A DNA stretch of 64,000 nucleotides from Takakia lepidozioides (taxonomy: Eukaryota > Plantae > Bryophyta), in NCBI GenBank assembly GCA_030704615.1, contig CM060731.1:55118001-55182000 (forward strand). The letters run 5' to 3'. Numbering within the stretch: the stretch's first letter is position 1; every line of letters starts with the position of its first letter. The notes under the pieces are model-generated. The model was not told the DNA's origin. It did no database searches and was given only the letters and a program-made list of their open reading frames with translations. The position numbers and the translations under genes are program-made. Shown here piece after piece: positions 28,726 through 42,100 of the stretch.

Positions 28726-29566
28726 GACCTCAGCACTAATCATTTGACTTTGGTGCAGGGAAAAGAGCCCATTTGCCTTCTATTCGTTCATCCCTGTAGT
28801 TGCAGCCATAATTAAGAAAAGAAACTCTTCTATTTGACTTGAGTTGAACTTGCCACTACAATGTAAGGTGTTCCGCCCCCACACCTTCATGCGGGCCCTG
28901 AATTTTGAGCTGTTGCACCCATGCTACTCCAGAAAGGCAGATTCTACAGAGCGTTTCGACAATTTTGTGTCAGCCTGACTCCGCCTCCAAAGCTAGTCTA
29001 CATCAGACAATAAGGAACAGTTCAGTGTCTTCTGCTTTTCACAATTTTGTGCCGTCATGGCAGCCACCTCAAACCTGCAAAACAGGGTGATCAGTGATCA
29101 CAGTCTAGTTCTTGGTTCAATCAACCGAACCAAGCAGCTCTTGCAATGAGGAGCTCTTGATTCAAGTAGTAGTCGTGAGGACAAGCATGGCGCACATTCC
29201 AACCTTATTCATTTCATGATAATGAATGACCACCCAAGATGTATGAAGCTACCAGATGAAGGCCTCAAAACACGAAACTTTTGACTTGCCTGCAGTGAGC
29301 AGAAGTCCATGTCCAAAGTCGGGCGCGTTCCATGCTTTGGAACAATCTCAGCTCACGAATGGACTGTGTGGCGGACAAGCACATCACAGTTTAAGCTCAG
29401 TTGTATCCCGTCAAATTGCAGTACAGTGTATTCCCAGCCTCTTTGTGAAAGCTTTTGGGAATGTGGACACATGTTTATTGTGTTTCTCTTCTAATTATAT
29501 GATGGCCCCCAAGGCCTTGCTCGAGAGGGACGAAATTCGGCAACGGCTCTGGTTGGTTGTGCACGT

Positions 29567-30025
29567 GGCCTCAGAATTTTGTGTGGCCTCGTCGTAATGA
29601 GGCCGCACGGTGCAGAGGGGACAAGGACCTGACAGCGGGCCCGCTACATTAAAAGGATCCCTATAAAAAAAAGTCAAACCATTGTCATGGTGGAGGTTGT
29701 GGTCTGGTGGTAGGTCGAAGGCAATGTGGCTATGCAGTTCTCGGGTTCCATTCCTTGAACGTAGTTCCGGTGGTTGGTGTTTACTGTAACTACCTCCATG
29801 GAGGTGGTATGCAACTACTGTCATGCAGGTAGTTCAGCTTGGTTTTGCAACTACCTTCATGTAGAAAATCCTAAAACTACCTGCATGGAGGTAGTTGTAA
29901 AATACATATGCCAAAAAAATTCTAAGTCCTTGACGCATGAAGGTAGTTTGCTCCTATATTAATGAGACGGCCTGACGGTCGTCTGACCAGCCTCATAACG
30001 ACGAGGCCACACAAAATTCTGAGCC
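29567..30025. mobile_element. MITE / non-autonomous DNA transposon (~460 bp)
   Basis: ~37-bp terminal inverted repeats (ggcctcagaattttgtgtggcctcgtcgtaatgaggc / gcctcataacgacgaggccacacaaaattctgagcc) flanked by direct repeat GTGCACGT(G) at 29559 and 30026. Confidence 0.85.
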
Positions 30026-30218
30026 GTGCACGTGCCCAGTAAGATTTGCGAGGCAGCGGGTGTTGGAGCAGGAGAAAGCAGCAGCATTTATGGGTGTGAT
30101 GGATATGCTGCAGCAAGCCATGCGAACTTGGGCTCTTGATAGCGACTGCAGAATGGAGGTGTAGACTGAGGCGGATTGAAGTTAAGTGAGAACGTTCAGA
30201 CAAAGGGAACGGGAAGGG

Positions 30219-33200
30219 ATGGTGAGGGCAATGCTGATTCCTCCGCCAGGGCAGTCCCTGGGACGGGGGGCGACAACGCTGCTGGAGCAGCTTGAGCGCC
30301 ACTGCCTCGCACCCGACGGCTCTCTGGCCACTAAAGCGGCCTTCCATGACCTCGTTCAGGTAATGTAAAGACAGGAAATACCATGCACCTCCGGGTTCTC
30401 AACGAAAGGCCGCAGATTGTGAATCTTTAGATTAGAGCTGGTCAATTGACCTAGTCTAGATTGCATCTTGGACACACATGCCTATTTCGGATGAAGAGCT
30501 CTCTCATTTCGGTCAGGTCATGGAGCTCCATCGATGTCTATGCATGGACTTGTAGTCGAGAGTGTGAGAGCATGAAGCAGTGAGAGAGAGATGTACCCTT
30601 TGACCGATTTCTAAAAAAAGCATCCTTGCTGTGGTGTTATCCTCCGGGAGCTGATCCTGGGGTTTTCCTCCCACCAGGGTATGAAATTTAAAAGGTTTTT
30701 CTCTAGCTTAACACAGACCGGACAGAGATCAATAGAGAGAGAAAGCAACCAGGGGGGTGCTTTCCTTTGTTCTTCGGTTCCATGTGTGTGGCCAGAAAGT
30801 TTGGGGGGCTGTCATTACCTAGTTGCAGCCACCTATTTGGAACTTGAATTTCTGTCTTTACTCTTCCTGGGCGGGGGGACCTTGCAGGCACGAGAAGAGA
30901 TGAGTAGAGAGAGGCTGCGCTACTTGGAAGTCATGGTGAACGTTAAACCCTACACATCTTTCTCATTACTGTGGTTTCCAAAGGGAAATGTTAGGTCAGT
31001 TTTCCAAAAATACCTATAATGGAGGGGATTTGCCTGTAGGCCGTGTACAGTGAGGCAGCGGCATTGGTAGAAGAATACCAGCAAGCAGTTTCCATTGCAA
31101 GTGTGGGTGGTATCCGGGATTTGATGACAGTGCTCTCTCAACTGGGCCTTTCCTCTGCTCCTCAGGTACTTCTAAAATTATATATGGGTTTCTTGGGACC
31201 TGTGGGTGCTTACAAGATGAAAAAGAAAGGTAGTCAGACTGGAATGGGTAACACAATTGCCTCTTTCTCTTTCTGTGTTCGTCTTCAGGAGTCTAGGTCA
31301 AGGCCTTGTTGGCTAGTGAAAACTTTTAAGGGTTTCAAGCTACATTCGCTGTAAACCTGGACTTTCTGAATTGGATGGGTCCTCATTGCACACATTACCA
31401 CATTGGATGAATCACAGCCCTCAATTTGGCATGAAGTTATCTGATGTGAATGCAAAACAATTGAAACAACCCCCAGAGGTCCTTCAAAATCCTATCCCTA
31501 AGTCATGAAACTCAGTTTGCTTCCTCAGCTCTTCTCTCTGCATGAAGAAATAGCTCAAGCTTTTCTCGTTTGTCAGGTATATGATGCATTGGAACAGCGA
31601 TTGACCGTGTCAGAAGCAACCCAGCGGCTTAGACTACCGTTACTTTCAAAGGATGGAGATGTCCCTGAAGATGAGACAGCTGAATGGGGCAACATTTCTC
31701 GAAGTTCATTCGACAGCACCACCACAAGCATCAGTTTAAGCACATCGACCACTGTCCATACAACAACTGCAAGCACCGTGAGTGCTACAGTTGCCTCAGG
31801 GGGAGGTAATCATACAGATGTAGCAGAGCCGGGGGTGGGAGGGGTGGTGAATCGCTTCTTGGGAGTTACACCCGGGTGGCTACACCAAACTCAATTCACT
31901 CGTGCACCTTTTGCTGAGGTGGGCTTCATGATTGGCATCTTCAACTTCATCATTTTCCTAATATGAGATCTGTAACCAGTGAGACCCTAAAGTTTGACCC
32001 AAATTGAGACATGCCACTGACTGTAAGGTACAAGGGTTCCCATTTGTTCGGCAGCAACAAGACCTAGGTGCAGCAGTTCTGCAGGTTAAAATTTTCTGTA
32101 GCTTTGAATTTCTGTTGCATTCGCTCCTCTCAGGCTTCACTGCTTTGTTATTCTGCCAGCTTGTTGTGCTTGGTAGGAACTTTTAAGGCAGGGCGGTGGG
32201 TATGCACTGGTAGGGAGATTTTGTCTCAGTGGAGTTGATTGAAAAGCATAACATTTTAGGCTGAATGATGATGATGGTCCAGGGTAGGGCCTGATGGAGT
32301 ACTTGTTGTAACATGGTGACAGGATAGCACAGGATACCAAATGGCACTCATACCTGAGATAGATGGTCGATTGCGTGCAAAATGTGACAAAATTGCAACC
32401 ACTTTCGAGGCTGATGAAGCTGGTAAGCTTAGTGTTACAGAGATATGATGACGACTGCAGACTCTCTGGATCAACCTGAAGCTTCCAGTTTGTAATCTGG
32501 TCAAATAGCATTGAGATGGTGATGTGAAACCATCCCTCCTGCTCTCTCTCTAATGTCTGTAACTCCTTGGCAGATTCTGCAGGGCCACACCCATCCATTA
32601 GCTTGCGGCTTCCAGAGAGGTCAGTGAAGAGACTCTGTTTGTATCCATTTGTTCAATTCTTTCCACTCACTTTTGTAGATTAATGCACAATTGAGTTATA
32701 TGGAATTAGAGATATGCGCATCAGAGAGGTTTAAGTCCCTCATTATGTTCCTCACTGTCTGGGTGGCTGCTGCAGATTAAAGCTGGCGGTGGAAGATGTA
32801 GAAGGAGAGGAAGCAGCCCTACTTGAGGATCTGTATGCTGCAGACCGAAAATTCTCCGAGTACTACAATGTACACTTTCTGAGTCAACTTCTCGCAGATG
32901 GGCTCTCATCTTGAGTTTTGTAACTCGGCTCCTGTTGCAATTAAGACTTTCTGTTGGTTGAAGAGGTGGATCCGAATCATTATCCCAAAATACAATGTAT
33001 GGTAGTAACACACAGAATAATTTCCAAGACAACCGCGTCGCCAAATCTCCCCCATTCTCTCTTCTTTGCCCCCTCCTCCATTGTATTCCCAACATGATGG
33101 CATGGGTGCAGATGCTGGAGCAAATTTTAGCAGTATTACTGCGGCTAGTGAAGGAGTTCAAATTACAGCATCAACATGAATATGTGGGTGATTTTTTCCA

Positions 33201-34878
33201 ATGTCGCACCAGTGGTCAGATGTAGGTGAGATCAGATGGTACTGGGTAATTGGTCCCTCGGGGGTATGTCTTTGTTCCCATTATGCTTATGCGAGGCATG
33301 CTGGGGATGGCAGGATGGGATGAGGAAGGAATGGCTGTGCAAGCGATGCCAAACCATGAATACCAAGCTCAGGTCCTCTCTATCTTGTTTTCTGCTGGAA
33401 TTGACAGTTTGCTTTCTCTTGTGAAGTCAGTGCTCGCCGCACATCAACCCTACATCCAAACTGTGTCTCTGTGCCCCAGTTTGAGGGAAATCTCAGGCTG
33501 AGTTCACACCCTTATTAAGCATGCGTGATTTGGTTGATCATGTAAGTAGTTTTCGTCTGTTGTGTTTATCTGTTTTGCTATGGAGCTTTGGGTTTCTTGT
33601 GCAGAGTGCTGGAGCATCTGCTATTGCGGGACACATACACACAGGAATCTATGCCCGCCCTTCATAAAATCAGGTACTGAACTCAGTTACGCCAGCTTTC
33701 TGTTTGTGAAAACTTGTCCCTCTCATGAATCTTTCTCATGAGATTGTCATATTTTGTCTTTTTTTGTGGTTCCTCTCCCATGAGAAGAACTCCTCAATGC
33801 TTGACAAAAGGCACGACATGCCAAGACTCACACATGGAACCTGCAAATTTGTATGCTCTATTGTCTCTTGCTTCAGTTCAGTGCTGCTTACGTAAGGTGA
33901 TTGTTAATGATGTGAGAAATTCATTGTAGTGAAAATGCCTAACATGATTTACAGTTTGCCTGTCATGGAGACGCCTAAGCCTCAGCTTTGGGATTGTGTT
34001 TGGTGAGTCTTCAAATAATATTGGCATGGTTTGTTCTTACTCGTAAGCATGCAATTTAAAGAAAAAAGATTATTGGTCAGCATTATGAGAACAGGGGTGG
34101 CACAGGGCCTATGTGGTGGAGGCCAATGAAGAGGCAACTGCAGCTTACAATCGAGCCGTGAGCTCTCCCTCTCTCTTTGTCTGAGGCATTCCACGTTTGT
34201 CTAATGCTAGAGGAGTTCCTTGCTTCTTGTCTTTTCTACTTCCCTTGGCCCTCTGGGCCTCCAATGTAGGTAGTAACTATCGTTTACTTTTTCTTTCATT
34301 CTGATGCCTTCAGCTGGTCGAGAGCTATCCTCTGCACTAAGATTGTTATTCAACCACTAAGAGTTCAGGCTGTGATATCTGATGTATTGACATAACAGTG
34401 TGTACTTCAATGAACATTTTTTAAGTGTATACATATGGAGCTCAATCTGCAGGTGACCCGGTTGCGCGAATATCAAGGTGTGGATCAATACTTTGATGAC
34501 ATTGCCAGACGGTACCATGACCTGGTCACTGTAAGAATTCAGAAAACCCATTGTTGCCTTTGCACTGCTAAGCACACAATCCTATTACTCACTGGATCAC
34601 TTCTATGTAAAGCAGTGGAGGAGGGTAAAACTATGCCTACTTACGGTGCATCACGGACAGAGGTCCCAGCTATATGGGTGCACATACAGTATTGAGCTAT
34701 GCAGTAGCCATCAGCCATCAGCCACCAGCCATTGAGATGTGTAGCCAGGTGGTTTATGAATATTTGATCTTTACGTCTGGTTGTTTGACTGTTGCTGCAG
34801 AAGCTAGAGGGCATTCAGTGGACGATACGGCAGGTGGAAATGGACTTGAACACTGCCCATGAGCACTCCCCTCTCTAA
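30219..34878 (+). CDS. AUG4: AUGMIN subunit 4 (HAUS4-like), 13 exons
   Basis: LEQLERHCLAPDGSL, AREEMSRERLRYLE, EEYQQAVS, EATQRLRLPLLSKDG, GGVVNRFLGVTP, WLCKRCQTM, VTRLREYQGVD, KLEGIQWTIRQVEMDL. Exons approx. 30219-30359, 30888-30935, 31040-31165, 31577-31918, 32323-32422, 32574-32619, 32776-32869, 33112-33183, 33314-33372, 33605-33673, 34106-34157, 34453-34530, 34801-34878. Confidence 0.93.
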
Positions 34879-36159
34879 TAGGTGAAGACAACACCTCCAG
34901 ATGTTCCATAATCTCTGGACATGAGTGCAGGGGCTTGTCTCACTACATGTTGCATAGGTGCATCTGGGCTCAACCCCACCCCATTTGTGTCTTCCAAGAG
35001 ATTGGCAGTGCTAAACACGCCACAAATGTCACACCTGTGCAAGCAAAAGGCCTGGAGGAGATCAAAATCAACCTAATACTCTGTACTAGTATGTCTAAAT
35101 GCTAGTCTATCAATATACTCAATGCTCTCAACCAGAGAATTGGTGGCTGCACACAAGCACTGTGGCAATAAGTGGTTGAGTTTGCACAATCACCTTTATC
35201 TCACACTGACTACCTGAAGGGCATGTCATATCCAACAGCTTGTTACTTGTTACTTCCTATTGTCGATGCAACCCTATGCAACCCTAGGAGAGGGATTTCT
35301 AAAAGAATTTAATATAGAATCAACATCTTTCTAGTACTTAGCCAGTGTTGAGCCACCTTGGTGACATGGCTCATTTTGGCAAAACTCTGGGACGATGCAA
35401 AAATATATATGTACATATATAGAGAGTTAATAATTTGATTTGTTTTTCTTCCTGCCCAGTGACATGAAAGTTTTTGAGAAAAAGGATGAAATGAAATGCA
35501 ATTATAACATCTGCACGAAGAGCTTATGGGACGAAAGGAAGCAAGAAGCAGGAAAGAGAGTGCAGCCCCGAGCAGCACAAAATTATTGCTTGAGGGATTG
35601 CCTAAGAGTGAATCCTCTTAATAGACTGCTAAACATTTCTTGTCCTCATAATGGAAGACACAGTGAGATTGGGTATCCCAAAATAGTCAATTGAATGTCC
35701 CACAGATCTCATAGTAGAAAGAGTAAATTATTCTAACTTTGAATTTCCATGTTGTTCCCCAAGTAATTGGGGCTTAGGCAATCCTGGCGTCGCAGGTTTC
35801 CCCCCCTACCAGTGTCTATCCTCAAGCTACGGGAGCCAACCCTAAATCTCATTCGAAAGGATATGGCATTTCCACTTTAGAACACACTGTAGTCCACCAG
35901 TAGCATTAGCATGTCCAGAGTGGCATGTGGAATGTACAAATAAGCTTTGGCCTTACATGATGACCTAACATTCATGATGGCCTAACATATTTGCATGAAT
36001 ATGTTATATAGGTAACCGTTGACGGAATAGTATGAAGTGTGTCCGCATAACTTCAACAAACTTTATGCATATATAAATGCGGGAATAAGCTCGATTGTAC
36101 AATTTTTGCCTATTAAATAAAAAAATTCATTAGCCGATATTCCCCGATATATGCTGTCT

Positions 36160-39100
36160 TTAGAAAGTTCTGCGGGTGCGGATACTCGCCTTCCGGATGG
36201 ACACCTCTTTTTTCACTGCTGCGTGATTGCCAGAGGCACCAGCAACACCCACTGCCCATATATAGCCATCCTTCAACCTGCCAATCACAAAAATCAGCCT
36301 CTCATCCTCTGCATCTTCCATGTGTTTCTCCTCATAGATAAGCCCCTTTTCTTTTGTTTCAGTGGTTTTTGTTTTTTTCTGGTTTTCTCCCTCTGAGGAT
36401 GTTCGGAGAACTTTAACTTTACTTTATGTATTAGGTGAAGTTTTGAAGTATTAGGTGAAGGATTTTCAGTGATTTGAGATTGCATAGCCCGGGGATGGGG
36501 GTATCTCGATGCACATAAACTGACAAGATAAAGATAAGATAAAGTTTCTTTAACGTCCAGTGAATTTACAGAGCCTACTGCTCAACACAGAGGCCATTGA
36601 GGGTCCAATGGACAGTCTGAAGGCACATGTTGAAGGATTGAACCCAGGATCACCTAGGTTATGCACAGGCAAGGCACAAACACCCAACCACTGGGCTACC
36701 ACCTGCTCAAGTGTATAATCTGCTTACTTGTGCATAATCTGAGATCACACTGCCAAGCCCATGGGCACAACAGCATAACATGAAAAGCGGCTATTAAAAG
36801 CCCAACGAAAATACACTAGGTGCATTTTTACGTTCTTCAAATGTTATGCAGCCAGTGGAGACAGATGACACACAGAACCGCTTAAAATAAGCTTTGACTG
36901 TAAAACCATGATAACCAGGTGGGGTTGTACCTTGGCATACTTGCAAAGAGAGCAATCACTGCAACCCCCACCACCACAGGTAATACTGGGGCAGGTGCCA
37001 ACTCCTACAAGCCCCAACCACGCGCCATTCAGCAGGAGGACTAATCTCACGACCTGACAAATCAAGCAGATTCTTTTGCGAAGGCATAGCTTTTCCAACA
37101 CAGGATGTTCGTCTCTCTGACTGAAAACACCAAAGCAATCTGTCCAACAGGTCACAGTCACACTTGCCTGCTTGTGAAGGTGTTCCTCTGCGGTGAACCG
37201 GAGAGGGCCAACATGTAGAATACTCTTAGTCTCCAAGTCAACATCAACTGTCTCTGACTCGAATTTGTATGTGCGTTCCAAGAGCCCAAAGGCCAGGCGC
37301 ACTGTGTACTTCCCTCTGGGAAGACCCTCAACTTCAAAGAAGCAAGAGAGAGGTAAAGGACTTGCGCGCTCAACTCTGCTGGGGTCCATAACGGATGCAA
37401 CCTCGACAGTTAGATGGGGCTGCCATCTCTCCAGCTGGGCACCCTCAGCAATGCCTGTAAGGATTGTGGACGGGGGCTCTTCAAAGACCACAAAGTCAAC
37501 TCCCGCAATGTCATTTGCTATCACCTGAAAAGAGACATACGACCAGCCATCTAATCAAAGCTGTCCACTACATCCATAAATCACTAACCACCATCTATGA
37601 TTCACATTGGGCGTCCTTGAAGGTGGACATGGACATCATCCAGTAAATATTCCCTCTCACGAGCTCTGTGATCTAGTGCTGCTAGTAACCAACTAAGAGA
37701 TTCGAAATTAAGTAGCTGAAAGGGCAGGGCAGCTTACCTCAACAGAGACTGAACTGGGTGATGCACGCTCAATCGTCAAAACCCCTCCAGGGACCCTTTT
37801 CAGTGCAGATCTGATTACATAGGTTGTGTTGGGTAGGACACCGCGCAGACGGTACTTGCCCTCTGCATCAGTTACAGTTTCTTCATAGTAGCCCCGAGAC
37901 ACTGACCGGGCTTCCAAGATTATGCCTTGCTCAGGTTTTCCAGACAATGACGTGACTGTTCCTAGCACACTGAGAAAGGAGGTCACATAATCAAAAGACC
38001 GATAGATTGTTTCCAGATGCAGGATGAAAACGTACTGTCATTTCAAAGGGAAATAAGATCCATCGTGTTGAGTACCAGCAGCAGCATTTAACAAGAACTT
38101 GAGTGACGAGGCCTACTGTATCCTGTTATAAGGTGGGCACCTTTAAATGCCCACCTACAGTGTGACTGAGGCATTTTGTAGCTCCACCCTCACAAGTGAC
38201 TGAGTGCAGTGAGCGCCACGGCAAGTGACCCTGCCCACGGCTCCATCAGCCTATTGGTTGGAAGGTTTCCTGTAACCACATAGTACTAGTCTGGAGAGCA
38301 GCTACTAACTAGGGTGCTGAATACTTTCAGTTCCATGGTCTTCCAGGGAGTGTTATTGGGCATTAGGAGGGACAACGCAAAACCTGTAAGCAATACGACG
38401 AGCAGTGAATGTGACGTGCTTAATCTCTCCAGACCCGACCTCAATAGCTTGCGCAGCTGGTGCAAAACTATATTCCTGCCTCCCTCCCACCCCCAAACAA
38501 GGTATTAAGGCTGTCTTATGTCCTTAGTGTAGAACAAATAACCGCAATAATGCCATGTAATAACAAGGCCAGAGCTGACTTGCAAATAATGAGATTACAT
38601 ACACCCTAGCGAAGATAATTGACATACACCTGCCTCAAACATTGTGACAAAGAAAATCCATTTAGAGATTGTTAACTGTGCAATGCACCGTCGCTGGAAC
38701 GAACACCAAGCATTGACCACAAGCGAAACACAAGCATCCTGTGAGCAAATGAGCTTTGACGACGTCACCACAATGATGGTCGATCCACAGGAACTAATCT
38801 ATGAAAGGGCAGAGTAGCAACTCGGCACAGACATTAAAAGATAACCCAGCATGAGTTCAAGTTCAGAGCTAAACTAGTGCGACATAGAGGGATTGGTTGT
38901 CAATCACGAAGTCTCAGACAAGGAACTCATATCTAGCAAGGGCAAGCTGCCACTACTCCCCATCACCTTCATCAGCTCCCAACAGTACATGTACATCCCA
39001 TATAATACCATGCTCAAATTCATTGGCATTATCCAAAGCTTCATACTGAGATTCTACTACTTTTCCAGACTGATCCAATGGAATCCAAACGACACATGGC

Positions 39101-42100
39101 AGATCTTGGTAGGGAACAAGGTTTACCTTCAACAGAGGGCGGAGATAGAAACTCCCAGGGAACAGGTTGCTGAAACTGAAAGTAGCCCCCGAGCTTGTGG
39201 CCGCATTTTTGCGGTACCCATCATCCCCACTTAGGGAGAGCAGCACCGAAGGCATTAATTGTTCTGCACCCTCGCCTGGGAGAATTGACACCACAATTTG
39301 CCCAAGCTTCTGACACGAAAATGAGTTGTTACCGATCGATTTAAGATGAAATCCCGCCTGCAATTTCATCAGTGGTATCGTCCGTTTATGTGAGATTTCT
39401 CGATCCTATCTCTCCCATACATAATATAGGGCACGCACAATTTCATAAATGTGACTGGGTTTGGTGTCTTTACCCAAAAAGAGAGGGAAGAATACCCTGG
39501 TCTCACAAGTACCATTATGTACTAAGTGCCTAATCACTGAATTTGTCAGCTTGATATCTTCTCGAAACTTCTATAACCATGCAGCTCTCCACATGGAAGA
39601 GGACATTAGCACTGGCTCCACTAATGGCGTTTTATCTGAGGATTGAGGATGCACAAAAAACTTCGCTTACTCCAGCTTCTGTCTTGTCCAAAAAGCAGGA
39701 GACGAACAAAGGCAGAGGCAAAGACCGAGACCAAGACTTAGACAATTACAGAAAGAACTTGTTCAACCTGATCTACATCCAAACTTCAAGAGCAATGACT
39801 TTAAGGGAGTGTTGGGACACACCAAAGATGCATGAACAACATAGGAGGTTTCATCATAAAGAGGACCCGCCATGTATATTCCGTCCACGCCAGTGACAGT
39901 CGATAGTGCAACTTCCCCCTCTGTCAGGCCCCCTGCCTGACTCCCCTTCTCAGCCAGTACAGTTATGTTCACACCCTCTAGGGCAGGAACGACAGTCCCC
40001 TTGATATAGATTCCTGGGCGTCCATTAAACACTGGGATTGGTGGCTGGCATCCATCTGTCCCCACGTGTACCTGAAATGTACCAAATGAATCAAAGGTTC
40101 ATGGAGCGAACTGCCCATACTATCTAGTTCCTCCTTTAGTGAGTGAAGCATGACGTTCTGATTGGAATGGACTCGAGGAATGATGGTCATGCTTAGTGAA
40201 ACCACTAGCCCGTTCGCTGGTGTTCAGTTTCTTTTTGTACTGACCTTCTGCACTAGCGGACATTGAGACCCATCTCCTACCAAAAAGCATTTGAAATCAA
40301 AGGGGAGCAAGTTATATCCTCAAAGCCACCACGTTAGAATAACACATCAACATTTCATCCTTATGTCCAACCCAGACCAAATGCAAAGAGAGAAAATTAC
40401 ATGCTGCTCCTTAGGGTAGAAGAGAATGTTTTTTGATCCCTCCCCACTTCCCAGGTCTTCAGTTCCATCCGAGGCTACTGAGTCTGAGGTGTGCACACTA
40501 CACACAACCACATACATATCAGAAAAAAATTAAAAATCAAGTCAAAAGATTGCTGGATAGCTGCTCATGTCGTCCACGGGCAAGCTGCAGTTGAAATGAA
40601 ACCCAAACATACCCTTTCTGTAATTTCATCTCTATGACTTTAGTTCTCCTTGCTTTCCATTTTGACCGCACGTTTCCAAATACAAAATTTGTCTGTTCAT
40701 CTACGAAAGTTTTGCATATAAGACACTTAAATGCAACCCAAATAGATATTGGGCCAGCCTAAGTTAAAATATGAACTAGCACAACCTAGAAAGTGAATTA
40801 AGAACAATACAATGTCGATCACAAAGTCTGAGACCATCAACTTCATCGTACGTATCAGTGACAAGCTGCCACCACTCCCCAGCAACTTCATCACCTCCAA
40901 ACAGTAGGTGCAGATCACATGAACACCATACTCAAATTCATGACCATACCATCATACAATCTTTGTACTGAATAAGTAACTAAGCCACAATGTTGGCTGG
41001 TACTCAGCTGGCAAAGCTGATCAAATCAATTAGCATCTTCTCTTAAAGTTGAACAGTTACGAAGTAGGAACTGAATTTCACTTTGGCTTGTACTGAGAAA
41101 GTAAATACTTGGAAGAAAGCTCAAATGGATTTGCTGGACAGGCAGCTCAAGGGGCCTACTGCACCTTCAACGTTTCCTTGGGCTACCAGCTGCTGACTAC
41201 TTAGATCCAGAAAAGTGAAATGTTCATCAGTGAAGGTACAGACTACAACTTCATACAGACATCACATGTAAAACCAAACAATATGTTGCACAAGTCCAAG
41301 TTAAAACCTAAACAATCAGACACAGCAGTACCCAGTATAATCACAGTAGATGAGCTAAGCACAGTAATTACACCTGTGATGCCGGGGAGCAAACGTCAGT
41401 TTATCTCCCAACTGTGCCCAATGAACATAATCATAGAGTGCCACTTGACTCGTTTCATTTGCTCCTGAAACAAGGCGGGCCTGGTTGTCGAGGGCCGCAA
41501 CTCGGCCATCCTGGTAATGGATTTCCACCACTATCGAGTCTTCAAGCAAATTGGCAGCAGGGTAAAGGCCAGGATCAACATGAATATGCCCTGTCAGGAC
41601 ATACTTCTGACCTACCAGATTCAGGGGCTGCCATCCAACAACAGACGAGAATAATGTCAACCAATATACAAATGCACTCTTTCCCGTAGTCGATGGAGAC
41701 TCTACAATTGTCAACAGGTAAATAAGGGGCAAACAGTGAAAGGGTGAAAGGGTTTATCCAAAACCCTTGCCTGAGGCGCAACAGAGAACAAAGTGCAATG
41801 CTCATTGATTCCCGAAAGCAAGTCACAGCATGACCAAGTGTGATGTTCCTTCTTTTGAGTCACTTGGACTTCTGGAAGCTTTACCTACAAGAAGTACTTT
41901 ACACTCCATCTTTGGATGAAGTCTGGTATCCTTTGATGAGCTTCTTCATGTCCTTCTACATACTTTCTTCCTTCTTGATCTCTTGCGACCTCTCTCTCAC
42001 ACTAGGTAAAAAAAAAAAGAAAAAAAAAGAAGGGAAACACACTTATGTCTTTTTCCTGGATGTCAAAAAGGCTTATGACACAGTGTGGAGAGATGGCCTA

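Noticed and set aside
29780-29950. CRISPR-like palindromic repeats with spacers
   Set aside because: Eukaryotic context, irregular spacing, degenerate units, no cas genes, and located inside a TIR/TSD-bounded MITE.
36618-36708. Possible tRNA gene
   Set aside because: A and B boxes are present but there is no convincing cloverleaf or anticodon arm, and a second diverged copy exists; better explained as a SINE.
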